Source: Anoxybacillus sp. (lineage in GTDB: Bacteria; Bacillota; Bacilli; Bacillales; Anoxybacillaceae). From it: a stretch of 64,000 nt of DNA. Positions 1 to 9,654 of the stretch are shown here, piece after piece. Made by a program: the position numbers and the translations under genes. The DNA lies in the NCBI GenBank assembly GCA_023512315.1, contig JAILZV010000001.1, positions 816-64,815 on the forward strand. The letters run 5' to 3'. Numbering within the stretch: position 1 is the first letter of the stretch; each line of letters starts with the position of its first letter. A model generated the notes under the pieces. That model was given only the letters and a program-made list of their open reading frames with translations, searched no databases and was not told the origin of the DNA.

Positions 1-482
1 TTGTAGATGTAGTAATCCTTGCGTTCTTTGATTTTTTCTAGTGTCTTTAAGCAGTGCGGACAACGCATGATGACTTGCTTGGCAAACCGGCTTCGGTGAT
101 TGAATCGGCCATGGCACACTTTGCACTGATACTGTCCCTTTCCGCCATTGTTGGCATACAAATAGGCAGAGGGTGCTTGGCATTGCGGACAGGTCAGTGT
201 ATCTGGGACGGTGGCTTTGGCGTTGGTGCGTCGTTGAATCGGCTTTAACGGTCGCCCATGTTTTTGTTCGTACTCGACAAGAAGTTGGCGATAGTCCAGA
301 CGCGGAAGCGTGTCGATGACCGGTAGCTCATCGACTTGAAGTTTTTGATATGGCTTACGCACAGGTTCTTCGGCATCCACGTTGGTGAGGGACTTCCCGA
401 GAAGCGCCCCCATCAAATAAATAATGATTTGATATTGGGTCTTGATTATTTCAAACAAATACGCTAATAATTGAGGTAACAA
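1..482 (-). CDS. IS transposase, N-terminal part only. The ORF runs off the left window edge, and the family cannot be assigned from this fragment.
   Basis: The reverse-strand frame is open from 491 down to 1. It is absent from the ORF track because it has no stop inside the window. The likely start is TTG at 482, 8 nt after SD AAAGGAG; GTG at 491 is the alternative. The translation carries CPQC..CKVCH and CPHC zinc-ribbon motifs typical of transposase N-termini. Confidence 0.5.
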   Translation of the reverse strand, partial: MLPQLLAYLFEIIKTQYQIIIYLMGALLGKSLTNVDAEEPVRKPYQKLQVDELPVIDTLPRLDYRQLLVEYEQKHGRPLKPIQRRTNAKATVPDTLTCPQCQAPSAYLYANNGGKGQYQCKVCHGRFNHRSRFAKQVIMRCPHCLKTLEKIKERKDYYIY

Positions 483-650
483 GCTTGTCACTCCTTTGTT
501 TGGGTGGTTGTGTGTGTCGTTACCTCAATCATACCGCAAACAGTAGGGGTGGCAAGCTTTTTTTATCATTCATTGCGTAAAATCAACAAAAAATCGGGGT
601 ACGTCTTTAAAACTTTTGACAGTACCATGGAAATAAGGGAGGGAGCGAAG

Positions 651-1802
651 ATGAAAATTGTCATTGCACCGGATTCATTTAAGGAAAGTTTGTCGGCATT
701 GGAAGTTGCTAACGCCATCGAAAGAGGATTTCGTCGTGTCTTTCCGGAGGCGGAGTATGTAAAAGTTCCGCTTGCGGACGGTGGAGAAGGAACGGTTCAA
801 GCGCTTGTAGATGCGACAGGAGGAACAATCATCGAAAAGCAAGTTACCGGACCGTTAGGTGAACCGGTGTCCGCCTTTTTTGGTTTGCTTGGCGACGGAA
901 AAACCGCGGTGATTGAGATGGCGGCTGCGTCAGGGTTGCATCTTGTCCCGCGGGAAAAGCGAAATCCGCTCGTTACGACAACCCGTGGGACAGGTGAACT
1001 TATTCAGGCAGCGCTTGATTATGGGGTACAGCATATCATCATCGGACTCGGTGGAAGCGCGACAAATGACGGCGGTGCAGGGATGGCGCAAGCGCTCGGA
1101 GTAAAACTATTAGATGAGAACGGGGAAGAAGTTGGCTTTGGTGGCGGCAGCCTGTCGCGACTAGCACACATTGATGTGTCTTTGCTAGATCCACGGCTAA
1201 GACACGTCAAGATTGATGTCGCGTGCGACGTGACGAATCCGTTAACAGGGCCAACAGGAGCGTCGTTTGTTTTCGGGCCGCAAAAAGGCGCCACGTTCGA
1301 AATGGCGCGACAGCTAGATGACCATTTGCAGCACTATGCAGACATCATCGCTAAAACGCTCGGGAAACAAATCAATGTTCCTGGTGCTGGAGCGGCAGGA
1401 GGACTCGGTGCAGGGTTATTGGCATTTTTGCCTGCCGAATTAAAACGAGGAATTGACATCGTATTAGAAGCGGTTCAATTCGCGGAAAAGTTAGCGAATG
1501 CGTCGCTTGTCGTGACAGGAGAGGGTCGAATCGACAGCCAAACCGTTTATGGGAAAGTGCCAATTGGCGTTGCGAAAGCAGCAAAAACGAAAAACATTCC
1601 GGTCATTGCATTGGCGGGGTCGCTAGCAGACGACAGCGACGTTGTTCTCGATTATGGAGTAGACGCCCTTTATACGATCGTTCCAGGTGTTGTATCGCTT
1701 TCGGAAGCGATGGAAAAGGCTGCGGATTACATAGAGCGTACCGCCCGTCACATTGCGGCGTCGCTTCGGATCGGAATGAACGTAGAGCGATCCCCTAAAT
1801 AA
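651..1802 (+). CDS. glxK: Glycerate kinase
   Basis: MKIVIAPDSFKESLSA N-terminus and full-length glycerate-kinase-like sequence. SD AAGGGAGGGAG lies upstream of ATG 651. The track ORF from 504 is an unsupported N-terminal extension. Confidence 0.9.
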   Translation: MKIVIAPDSFKESLSALEVANAIERGFRRVFPEAEYVKVPLADGGEGTVQALVDATGGTIIEKQVTGPLGEPVSAFFGLLGDGKTAVIEMAAASGLHLVPREKRNPLVTTTRGTGELIQAALDYGVQHIIIGLGGSATNDGGAGMAQALGVKLLDENGEEVGFGGGSLSRLAHIDVSLLDPRLRHVKIDVACDVTNPLTGPTGASFVFGPQKGATFEMARQLDDHLQHYADIIAKTLGKQINVPGAGAAGGLGAGLLAFLPAELKRGIDIVLEAVQFAEKLANASLVVTGEGRIDSQTVYGKVPIGVAKAAKTKNIPVIALAGSLADDSDVVLDYGVDALYTIVPGVVSLSEAMEKAADYIERTARHIAASLRIGMNVERSPK

Positions 1803-1821
1803 CAAGGAGATCGCTCCATGC

Positions 1822-3333
1822 TCATTCGATTTTTTGTAATGGCTGTTGCGCGGGACCTTCGATGACGTCACCGTGGACAGAGAAACGAGAGCCATGGCAT
1901 GGACAGTCCCATGTGCGGTCGCCGCTATTCCATTCGACTTCACATCCCAGATGGGTGCACGTCGTATCGACAAGAAAAAGGGTTCCGTTTTGGTCTTTAT
2001 AGGCTCCGGCTCGTTTATTGTTTACAAGAACAACCGCACCTTCTCCGTTTGCCAAATCATCTGGTGTCCGCACGATAACTTCGATTTTTCCTTCCACGAG
2101 ATGTTTAGCGACGTCTGTGTTCTGTATGATGAAGTGTTTGACGCTCGGGTCGGCATAAAAGCGCGACGGCGTATAAAGCTCGCTGTAGCGATTGTCCCGC
2201 CCTAAAATCAAATCGCTTAACAACAAGCCTGCCACTGTTCCGTTTGTCATCCCCCATTTTCGGTATCCTGTCGCGACATAGACGTTTGGTGTGTTGGCCG
2301 TCATATGGCCGATGTACGGCACTTTATCAAGCGTTGTTAAGTCTTGGGCGGACCAGCGATAAGGAATGGCGGTGACCGGAAACAACTCGGACGCAAACGA
2401 CCGCAATGCTCCGTAATGTTCGATTGTCGGTATTCCTTGCCCGGTTTTATGGCTTTCTCCGCCAATAAGAAGTAGTTCCCCATTAGCCGTGTTCACCGAA
2501 CGAATCGACCGTTTCGGCTCATCGGCGCTTAAATACATGCCGCCAGGATATTTTTTATCACTTTGAACGGCAAGCACATACGAGCGTTCCGCATACATGC
2601 GCGAAAAATAAAACCCGCCGTCATAAAACGGAAAATGGGAACAGACGACAAGATGGCGACATGTGAGCCGTTTATGCTGCCTTGTAATGACGGTTAACGT
2701 TTCCCCTTGCTCGACATCAGCCGCGGGCGTTTGCTCATATATTTTTCCACCTTTTTGCAGGATGATTTCGACAAGCTTTTGTAAATATTTTAACGGATGA
2801 AATTGGGCTTGGTTTTTCATGACGAGCGCTGCACGAATCGGCATCGATAGCGGCATCGTTTCTTTGACTGCACCGGCAATGCCTAGTTTTTCGTACGCTT
2901 TCCATTCGTTGATTAGTTTATGGAGCGAATCGTCGATTGTTGAATAAATGTACGCCTCTTCCTCTTTCCAATCGCAGTCGATACGTTGTGCCTCAACCGT
3001 TGTTTTTATCCATTGCATCGACTCTGTGCAGGCATCATAGTACATCCTCGCTTTTTCAGCGCCGAGATGATGAAGCAACTCATCGTAAATCAGATCGTGC
3101 TGCGCTGTCACTTTTGCGGTAGTGTGCCCTGTTGTTCCGTTTAATAGGCGGTCGGCTTCAATAAGCGCAACATCTACCCCAGCATTCGCTAATAAATAGG
3201 CAGTTGTAATGCCAGAAATACCGCCGCCAACGATGACTGTATCGACATGAATATTTTCCGTTAATGGCGAAAAAGATGGGAGCACGGTGGACGTGCGCCA
3301 ATACGGTTCGACAAATTGTGGAAGTGAGTGCAT
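1822..3333 (-). CDS. FAD-dependent oxidoreductase with a C-terminal Rieske [2Fe-2S] domain (YhfW-like)
   Basis: N-terminal GGGISG dinucleotide-binding motif. C-terminal CTHLGC..CPCHGS Rieske motif. SD AAGGAGG lies 8 nt before the ATG. Confidence 0.85.
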   Translation of the reverse strand: MHSLPQFVEPYWRTSTVLPSFSPLTENIHVDTVIVGGGISGITTAYLLANAGVDVALIEADRLLNGTTGHTTAKVTAQHDLIYDELLHHLGAEKARMYYDACTESMQWIKTTVEAQRIDCDWKEEEAYIYSTIDDSLHKLINEWKAYEKLGIAGAVKETMPLSMPIRAALVMKNQAQFHPLKYLQKLVEIILQKGGKIYEQTPAADVEQGETLTVITRQHKRLTCRHLVVCSHFPFYDGGFYFSRMYAERSYVLAVQSDKKYPGGMYLSADEPKRSIRSVNTANGELLLIGGESHKTGQGIPTIEHYGALRSFASELFPVTAIPYRWSAQDLTTLDKVPYIGHMTANTPNVYVATGYRKWGMTNGTVAGLLLSDLILGRDNRYSELYTPSRFYADPSVKHFIIQNTDVAKHLVEGKIEVIVRTPDDLANGEGAVVLVNNKRAGAYKDQNGTLFLVDTTCTHLGCEVEWNSGDRTWDCPCHGSRFSVHGDVIEGPAQQPLQKIE

Positions 3334-3500
3334 TCGCTATTCCTCCTTATGATTCCATCTACATACATAAATTTCCTTAAACTAAAAAAATTATCCGTGA
3401 CTCGTTCATTTTCTTTTTTGCCTCTCGTTCCAAGAAAGGTGATAAAATAAGAAACAGAGAGAAAAGGGGTTTATTTTCATACTATAGCGTAAGAGGGAGA

Positions 3501-4880
3501 TTGGAAGTGAATAATTATACAAATAACTTAGAGCATCAATCCTCTGGATGGCAAGATAACGTCATTTTAGAACATTACGGGTTGAACGAATTAAATTTTG
3601 AATCTGTCAAGCATTATCGGGAAAAATTTGCGGAGGCAAAACCGAATCATCCGTGGAACGGGTTAGAGATGAAAGAATTTTTATACAAAATTGGTGCATG
3701 GGGGAAATTGAGAAACAGCAGTAAAGAAGGTATTACGATTGCTGGCCTCTTAATGTTTAGTGAAGAGCGAATTATTACAGAAGTATTGCCGCAATATTTT
3801 TTAGAGTATCGTGAAATACAGGAGATTCCTAAAAACGGATGGTCGAAGCGGTTTACTTCTCAAGATGGGACATGGTCAGGAAACGTATACGATTTTTATT
3901 TTAAAGTGATGGAAACCATTCCACTGCATGAGCGGTCGATAGTGCCAGCGTTGCATGAAGCGGTCATTAACGCACTTGTTCATGCCGATTATTTCGGAGA
4001 AGGCGGGATTGTTATTGAGAAAGAACGTAACACCTATCGGCTTTCTAATCCGGGATTGCTTCGCATTCCGGTAGAATCTGCTTGGACAAGTGGAATGAGC
4101 CATTTACGCAATCCGAATGTGTTTAAGATGTTTATTTTAATTGGGTTATGCAAAAGAGCAGGATTTGGGCTACCATACCTTTTGTCCGTATGGAAAGGAC
4201 AACGTTGGAAACAGCCGGAGATTATTCAACAAGCGGATCCAGCACGTACGATATTTGTATTACCGACAGAACCGAGCGCTGTCATGTTTCCAGAAGAAAT
4301 GGCAGTGACACCTGAAACAGAAGAACAACTATTGGTAATACAGCATGAAGAGGAAGACGTTGTTGACTGGGGAGAGGAGCTAACTACCGACGTCATAAAT
4401 GATGCGCCGAACTCCATAAATAAAAATTCAAACTCTTTAAATAATGGGAGTTACTCCATAAATAACTCCCCTAACTCCATTAATAACGAATTCAACTCCG
4501 TAAACAATAATATCAACTCCATAAATAACTGCGAAAACTCCGTGAATAACAAGCCGGACTCCGTAAATAAACATTCTAAGTCCGTAAATAACAAAAGCGG
4601 TGAGGAGCATATAGAGGTGGAGGATTCGTTATGGCAAATTGCTTCTTTAGCGCGGAAGAAAAGAAGACTTTCTCCAGCGATGATGGAGCAAATTATTTTA
4701 CAGCTTTGTGCGAAACGCCCGCTCATGCTAAAAGAATTGTCCTATTTATTGGAGCGGACGGCAGACGGATTGCGCAATAACTACTTGTCTAAATTATTAG
4801 AGGAAGGAAAAATACGGTTGAAATATCCTGAGCAGCCAAACCACCCACGTCAAGCATATATGACAATACAAGATTCATAA
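3501..4880 (+). CDS. Schlafen/RecG-like ATPase-type putative regulator (HATPase_c_4-like core plus C-terminal wHTH). It lacks the usual N-terminal AlbA_2 domain and contains an internal heptad repeat.
   Basis: Family-typical segments (GITIAGLLMFSEE, HEAVINALVHADY, RNP..F) and a C-terminal wHTH-like tail. The start is TTG 3501 or GTG 3507 after SD AGAGGGAGA. Only 167 bp lie upstream, so there is no room for an AlbA_2 domain. Confidence 0.6.
   Translation: MEVNNYTNNLEHQSSGWQDNVILEHYGLNELNFESVKHYREKFAEAKPNHPWNGLEMKEFLYKIGAWGKLRNSSKEGITIAGLLMFSEERIITEVLPQYFLEYREIQEIPKNGWSKRFTSQDGTWSGNVYDFYFKVMETIPLHERSIVPALHEAVINALVHADYFGEGGIVIEKERNTYRLSNPGLLRIPVESAWTSGMSHLRNPNVFKMFILIGLCKRAGFGLPYLLSVWKGQRWKQPEIIQQADPARTIFVLPTEPSAVMFPEEMAVTPETEEQLLVIQHEEEDVVDWGEELTTDVINDAPNSINKNSNSLNNGSYSINNSPNSINNEFNSVNNNINSINNCENSVNNKPDSVNKHSKSVNNKSGEEHIEVEDSLWQIASLARKKRRLSPAMMEQIILQLCAKRPLMLKELSYLLERTADGLRNNYLSKLLEEGKIRLKYPEQPNHPRQAYMTIQDS
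4410..4598 (+). repeat. Nine tandem 21-bp coding repeats encoding the heptad (N/D/K/Y)S(I/V/L)N(N/K)xx
   Basis: Read directly from the translation: NSINKNS NSLNNGS YSINNSP NSINNEF NSVNNNI NSINNCE NSVNNKP DSVNKHS KSVNNKS. Confidence 0.9.
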
Positions 4881-4957
4881 TTTGTTCAATGTATTGTACG
4901 TGATAATAAGGAAAAACATATTACAATAAAGACAAACAGCAGGTAGGAGTGAGGACG

Positions 4958-5185
4958 ATGATTCTTTGTGAATGGCGGGACTTTTCGACAGACGCAGCTA
5001 CGTATACGTTAGAAAGCTTTGAAGAAATGATTGGTGACGAGTTTGAGGCGATGATGTTTGAAGAAGGAAACGATATTCCTTCTTATATATGGACAGTGAA
5101 CTATGTTGTCATTATTAAACGGAACACACGTATGTATAACGATATCTCGTTCACGAAAATTCCCCGAAATCCAGTTTGTGAATAA
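4958..5185 (+). CDS. Small acidic hypothetical protein (75 aa)
   Basis: ATG at 4958 lies 10 nt after SD AGGAG. A rho-independent terminator follows. I recognise no family. Confidence 0.5.
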   Translation: MILCEWRDFSTDAATYTLESFEEMIGDEFEAMMFEEGNDIPSYIWTVNYVVIIKRNTRMYNDISFTKIPRNPVCE

Positions 5186-5191
5186 AGAGGT

Positions 5192-5219
5192 GGGCTACTT
5201 TGGAAGGTAGCCCGTTTTA
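5192..5219 (+). terminator. Rho-independent terminator
   Basis: Stem GGGCTAC/GTAGCCC followed by a T-rich tail. Confidence 0.6.
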
Positions 5220-5334
5220 TTAGAAAAAAGTTTGCTCAACATTTCACAAAATTGACATACCTGCATGCCGGTACATCGTTTATAATGAAAGTGTACTAGA
5301 TGAGGAAACGCTCATCTAAAATTTTTCTTCTTTA

Positions 5335-5352
5335 TTGTGAAATTATTCACAA
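5335..5352. promoter_or_regulatory. Rex-type (also Fnr/Crp-compatible) operator in front of adhE
   Basis: Perfect palindrome TTGTGAA-ATTA-TTCACAA, 20 nt upstream of the adhE ATG. It also fits TGTGA-N6-TCACA. An extra TTCACAA half-site lies at 5242-5248. Confidence 0.65.
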
Positions 5353-5372
5353 ATTGATAGGAGGGCATCAAC

Positions 5373-7976
5373 ATGGCGGTGGAAGAAAAAGTATTAGAGA
5401 AAAAGACCGAAGTGACAAAAATGATCGACCAGCTTGTCGCAAACGCTCAAAAAGCGCTAGAAAAATTCCGCAACTACGACCAAGAAACAATCGATAAAAT
5501 TGTCAAAGAAATGGCGCTCGCTGGACTCGATCAGCACATGCCGTTAGCGAAAATGGCAGTAGAAGAAACAAAACGTGGTGTATATGAAGATAAAATTATT
5601 AAAAATATTTTTGCCACAGAGTATATATACCACAACATTAAATACGATAAAACGGTTGGCATTATTCGCGAAAATCCGCATGAAGGAATTGTGGAAATTG
5701 CCGAGCCAGTTGGGGTTATCGCGGGGGTGACACCAGTCACGAACCCAACATCGACGACGATGTTCAAAGCATTAATTTCCATTAAAACACGCAACCCGAT
5801 TATTTTTGCTTTCCACCCATCTGCACAAAAATGTAGCAGCGAAGCAGCAAGAGTGTTGCGTGATGCAGCGATTAAAGCAGGGGCGCCAGAATATTGTATT
5901 CAGTGGATTGAAACTCCTTCATTGGAAGCAACGCAACAATTAATGACGCATCCAGGCGTTTCACTCATTTTAGCGACTGGTGGCGCTGGTATGGTAAAAT
6001 CTGCGTACAGTTCAGGAAAACCAGCATTAGGGGTAGGCCCTGGTAACGTACCTTGCTATATTGAAAAAACAGCGAACATTAAACGCGCAGTTAACGATTT
6101 AATTTTATCGAAAACATTTGACAACGGAATGATTTGTGCTTCGGAACAAGCGGTCATTATCGATAAAGAAATTTACGACCAAGTGAAAAAAGAAATGATC
6201 GACAATCGTTGCTACTTTTTAAATGAAGAAGAAAAGAAAAAAGTAGAAAAATTGGTCATTAACGAAGACAAATGTGCTGTCAACCCGGACATCGTCGGCA
6301 AACCGGCATACGAAATTGCGAAAATGGCTGGTGTCGACGTACCGAAAGACACGAAAATGTTAGTGGCGGAATTAAAAGGCGTCGGACCGCAATATCCGCT
6401 TTCTCGTGAAAAATTAAGCCCGGTATTGGCTTGCTATAAAGTGAACAGTACAGAAGAAGGATTAAAACGTTGCGAAGAAATGCTAGCGTTCGGCGGATTA
6501 GGACACTCGGCAGTCATTCATTCCGATGACCAAGATGTCATTACTCAATTCGGACAACGGATGAAAGCAGGCCGTATCATTGTGAACGCACCATCTTCGC
6601 AAGGGGCAATCGGCGACATTTATAACGCCTACATTCCATCGTTAACGCTCGGCTGCGGTACGTTTGGTGGAAACTCGGTATCAACGAACGTAGGTGCAAT
6701 CCACCTCATTAATATCAAGAAAATGGCGAAAAGGACGGTCAATATGCAATGGTTTAAAGTACCGCCAAAAATTTATTTCGAGAAAAACTCGACACAATAC
6801 TTGGCGAAAATGCCGAATATCTCGAAAGCATTTATCGTTACTGACCCTGGCATGGTGAAACTTGGCTATGTCGATAAAGTGCTTTACTATTTGCGGAAAC
6901 GCCCGGACTACGTCCATTGTGAAATTTTCTCAGAAGTCGAGCCAGATCCATCGCTTACGACGGTCATGAAAGGCGCCGAAATGATGAGAAGCTTCCAACC
7001 AGACGTCATCATCGCGCTTGGCGGCGGTTCGGCAATGGACGCAGCAAAAGCAATGTGGTTGTTCTACGAACATCCAGAAACAGACTTCCACGGCTTAAAA
7101 CAAAAATTTTTAGATATTCGCAAACGTGTCTTCAAATATCCGAAGCTTGGTCATAAAGCACAATTTGTGGCGATTCCGACAACGTCCGGAACAGGATCAG
7201 AAGTGACATCGTTTGCGGTCATTACCGATAAAGAAAACAATGTAAAATACCCATTGGCAGACTATGAATTGACGCCAGACGTTGCGATCATTGACCCACA
7301 ATTTGTCATGACGTTGCCAAAACATGTCACAGCCGATACAGGAATGGACGTATTAACACATGCGATCGAAGCATATGTATCGAACATGGCAAACGACTAC
7401 ACAGACGGTTTGGCAATGAAAGCAATTCAGCTTGTATTCGAATACTTGCCAAGAGCATATAAAAATGGCAACGATGAATTAGCTCGTGAAAAAATGCATA
7501 ACGCATCGACAATTGCAGGGATGGCGTTTGCGAATGCGTTCTTAGGCATTAACCATAGTTTAGCGCACAAACTTGGTGCGGAATTCCATATTCCACACGG
7601 ACGCGCGAATACGATTTTAATGCCGCACGTTATTCGCTATAACGCAACGAAGCCGAAGAAATTTACTGCCTTCCCGAAATACGAATATTTCATTGCCGAT
7701 CAACGTTATGCGGAAATCGCAAGAATGCTCGGCTTGCCAGCAAGAACGACGGAAGAAGGCGTCGAAAGCCTCATCCAAGCAATCATTAAGCTCGCAAAAG
7801 AATTGGATATTCCGTTGAGCATTGAAGCATGCGGCATCAGCAAGCAAGAATTCGAAAGCAAAGTCAACAAATTAGCAGAACTTGCTTTTGAAGACCAATG
7901 TACAACCGCTAACCCGAAACTCCCGCTTGTCAGTGATTTAGCAGACATCTACCGACAAGCGTTTAAAGGAGTATAA
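5373..7976 (+). CDS. adhE: Bifunctional acetaldehyde-CoA/alcohol dehydrogenase
   Basis: 867 aa with an N-terminal aldehyde dehydrogenase and a C-terminal iron-type ADH (GGGSAMDAAK). SD AGGAGGG. Confidence 0.95.
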   Translation: MAVEEKVLEKKTEVTKMIDQLVANAQKALEKFRNYDQETIDKIVKEMALAGLDQHMPLAKMAVEETKRGVYEDKIIKNIFATEYIYHNIKYDKTVGIIRENPHEGIVEIAEPVGVIAGVTPVTNPTSTTMFKALISIKTRNPIIFAFHPSAQKCSSEAARVLRDAAIKAGAPEYCIQWIETPSLEATQQLMTHPGVSLILATGGAGMVKSAYSSGKPALGVGPGNVPCYIEKTANIKRAVNDLILSKTFDNGMICASEQAVIIDKEIYDQVKKEMIDNRCYFLNEEEKKKVEKLVINEDKCAVNPDIVGKPAYEIAKMAGVDVPKDTKMLVAELKGVGPQYPLSREKLSPVLACYKVNSTEEGLKRCEEMLAFGGLGHSAVIHSDDQDVITQFGQRMKAGRIIVNAPSSQGAIGDIYNAYIPSLTLGCGTFGGNSVSTNVGAIHLINIKKMAKRTVNMQWFKVPPKIYFEKNSTQYLAKMPNISKAFIVTDPGMVKLGYVDKVLYYLRKRPDYVHCEIFSEVEPDPSLTTVMKGAEMMRSFQPDVIIALGGGSAMDAAKAMWLFYEHPETDFHGLKQKFLDIRKRVFKYPKLGHKAQFVAIPTTSGTGSEVTSFAVITDKENNVKYPLADYELTPDVAIIDPQFVMTLPKHVTADTGMDVLTHAIEAYVSNMANDYTDGLAMKAIQLVFEYLPRAYKNGNDELAREKMHNASTIAGMAFANAFLGINHSLAHKLGAEFHIPHGRANTILMPHVIRYNATKPKKFTAFPKYEYFIADQRYAEIARMLGLPARTTEEGVESLIQAIIKLAKELDIPLSIEACGISKQEFESKVNKLAELAFEDQCTTANPKLPLVSDLADIYRQAFKGV

Positions 7977-8003
7977 TCATAGATCCCTAACCTCCCCTCT
8001 GGA

Positions 8004-8031
8004 GCTGAGGCAATTGCCTCAGCTTTTATTT
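8004..8031 (+). terminator. adhE terminator
   Basis: Stem GCTGAGGCA/TGCCTCAGC followed by TTTTATTTT. Confidence 0.75.
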
Positions 8032-8034
8032 TGA

Positions 8035-8105
8035 AAGGTAAGAAAACCTCCTCGGTGGGGCTTGTGCGATCTTCGCCGATAGGCGGGCGCTTTACGCTTT
8101 TCTTA
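8035..8105 (+). repeat. Short (internally deleted) copy of an intergenic repeat element. The second copy is at 18293-18449.
   Basis: It shares AAGGTAAGAAA at the left end. It also shares a 58-bp block (8048-8105 vs 18392-18449) with 3 mismatches. Both copies sit immediately 3' of a terminator. Confidence 0.8.
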
Positions 8106-8188
8106 TTGAAAAATAACATTGACTTACTTATTGTTGAAAGTAAGCAGGTGCTAGTTTTGGTGGATAGGTAAAAAACAGGAGGGTCGTA

Positions 8189-8857
8189 ATGATTCAAGCC
8201 GTTATTTTTGATTTAGATGGGGTCATTGCCGATACGGTGGAGTTATATTATATTGCGACAAAGCGGGTTGCGGATGAAATTGGTGTTCCGTTTGATCGCA
8301 GGCTCAATCAGCAGCTCCAAGGAATGAGCCGACAGGCGATGGTTGAAGCGCTGCTTGGAGAAAAAGCATGTGAATGGACGAACGAGGAAAAGATGAAGCT
8401 TGGGGAGCGGCGAGGAATGTATTATCGGGAGTTAATTGAGCAATTAACCCCGCAACATATATTGCCGGGAATGTATTCGCTTTTGCAACAGATTCGCAAC
8501 GACGGTGTGCCGATCGCATTGGCATCGTCTAGTTCTAATGCATTCACTGTCTTAGAGCGCCTCGAAATTCGCTCGTTTTTTGATGTTATTGTAGACGTGA
8601 AAACGATTGCGCAATTGAAGCCCCATCCGGAGATTTTTTTAGCTGCAGCAAGCGAGCTAGGTGTCAATCCACGTGATTGTGTGGCTATTGAAGATGGAGA
8701 GGCAGGCATTCAAGCGATTAAGCAAGCGGGCATGTTCTCGGTCGGAATTGGAAAGCATTTAGCTCCGCTGTCACCAGATTGGCTTGTCGCACGAACAGAG
8801 CAAGTGACGTGGGAACAATTGAAACGCGTGTTTAAACGAACTACCCCTCTTACGTAA
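8189..8857 (+). CDS. HAD-superfamily hydrolase, beta-phosphoglucomutase-like
   Basis: [10 protein letters not shown] motif I and EDGEAGIQA motif. SD AGGAGGG. Confidence 0.8.
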   Translation: MIQAVIFDLDGVIADTVELYYIATKRVADEIGVPFDRRLNQQLQGMSRQAMVEALLGEKACEWTNEEKMKLGERRGMYYRELIEQLTPQHILPGMYSLLQQIRNDGVPIALASSSSNAFTVLERLEIRSFFDVIVDVKTIAQLKPHPEIFLAAASELGVNPRDCVAIEDGEAGIQAIKQAGMFSVGIGKHLAPLSPDWLVARTEQVTWEQLKRVFKRTTPLT

Positions 8858-9590
8858 GAGGGGCAGCTTCGTGCAAAATGTTGTACGCCATTTGAACCGT
8901 TTCTTCTGAAGGTGGTTCAATGCCCTCGAGCGGATATGCAAGCCCGAGTTCTTTCCATTTATATACTCCTAATTTATGATAAGGGAGAATTTCAATTTTC
9001 TCTACATTGTTCAACGTCCGAATAAACGCGGCAAGCCGGCGCAAATCGTCTGGGTCGTCGGTAATCGTCGGAACGAGCACGTGACGAATCCAAACCGGTA
9101 TTCGCTTTTCGGATAAGAGCTTGGCAAACTGTAAAATATGGGTGTTCGTTTTCCCAGTTAGTTTACGATGTTTTTTTTCATCGATATGTTTTAAATCGAG
9201 CAAAATTAAATCCGTATATTGAAGCAGCTCATCTAATTTTCGTTGAAACGTCTCTTCCGTTGTGTAGCAGCCGCCAGACGAATCGATCGCTGTATGAATA
9301 CCGAGCTTTTTGCATTCTTTAAATAGTTCGATTAAAAAATCGATCTGTAAAAGCGGTTCGCCGCCGCTGACGGTAATTCCGCCACCGGAGGCAGTAATAA
9401 ATGGGAGATACGTCTGTAAGTCAGCGATAATTTCCTCGACGGTCATTTCTTTTCCTTTGCCAATTTCCCACGTATCGGCGTTATGGCAATATTGGCAGCG
9501 CAGCAAACACCCTTGCATAAAAACGACGTAGCGAAGGCCAGGACCGTCTACCGTGCCGCATGATTCAATCGAATGAACAAATCCTTTCAT
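8850..9590 (-). CDS. pflA: Pyruvate formate-lyase activating enzyme (radical SAM)
   Basis: [10 protein letters not shown] radical-SAM cluster motif. ATG at 9590 is preceded by GGAAGGAG. The track start at 9608 is a TTG without an SD. Confidence 0.9.
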   Translation of the reverse strand: MKGFVHSIESCGTVDGPGLRYVVFMQGCLLRCQYCHNADTWEIGKGKEMTVEEIIADLQTYLPFITASGGGITVSGGEPLLQIDFLIELFKECKKLGIHTAIDSSGGCYTTEETFQRKLDELLQYTDLILLDLKHIDEKKHRKLTGKTNTHILQFAKLLSEKRIPVWIRHVLVPTITDDPDDLRRLAAFIRTLNNVEKIEILPYHKLGVYKWKELGLAYPLEGIEPPSEETVQMAYNILHEAAPLT

Positions 9591-9654
9591 GGAAATTTCT
9601 CCTTCCAAATAGAAATGACCCCCTCACGAACAGCGAGGCGTGAGGGGGAGTTTA

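Noticed and set aside
470-529. 11-bp inverted repeat ATTGAGGTAAC/GTTACCTCAAT around the transposase start, considered as an RBS-sequestering hairpin
   Set aside because: The SD lies in the 38-nt loop, not in the stem, and only the start codon edge touches the stem. That is not convincing as a translational lock. It may be part of the IS end, which I cannot delimit.
504-650. N-terminal extension of the glycerate kinase ORF (track ORF 504-1802). The same applies to the extended starts at 13622, 17456, 25472, 36567, 40130, 45621, 52343 and 58206.
   Set aside because: In each case an internal ATG with a proper Shine-Dalgarno sequence gives the family-typical N-terminus. The extensions cross terminators or repeat DNA.
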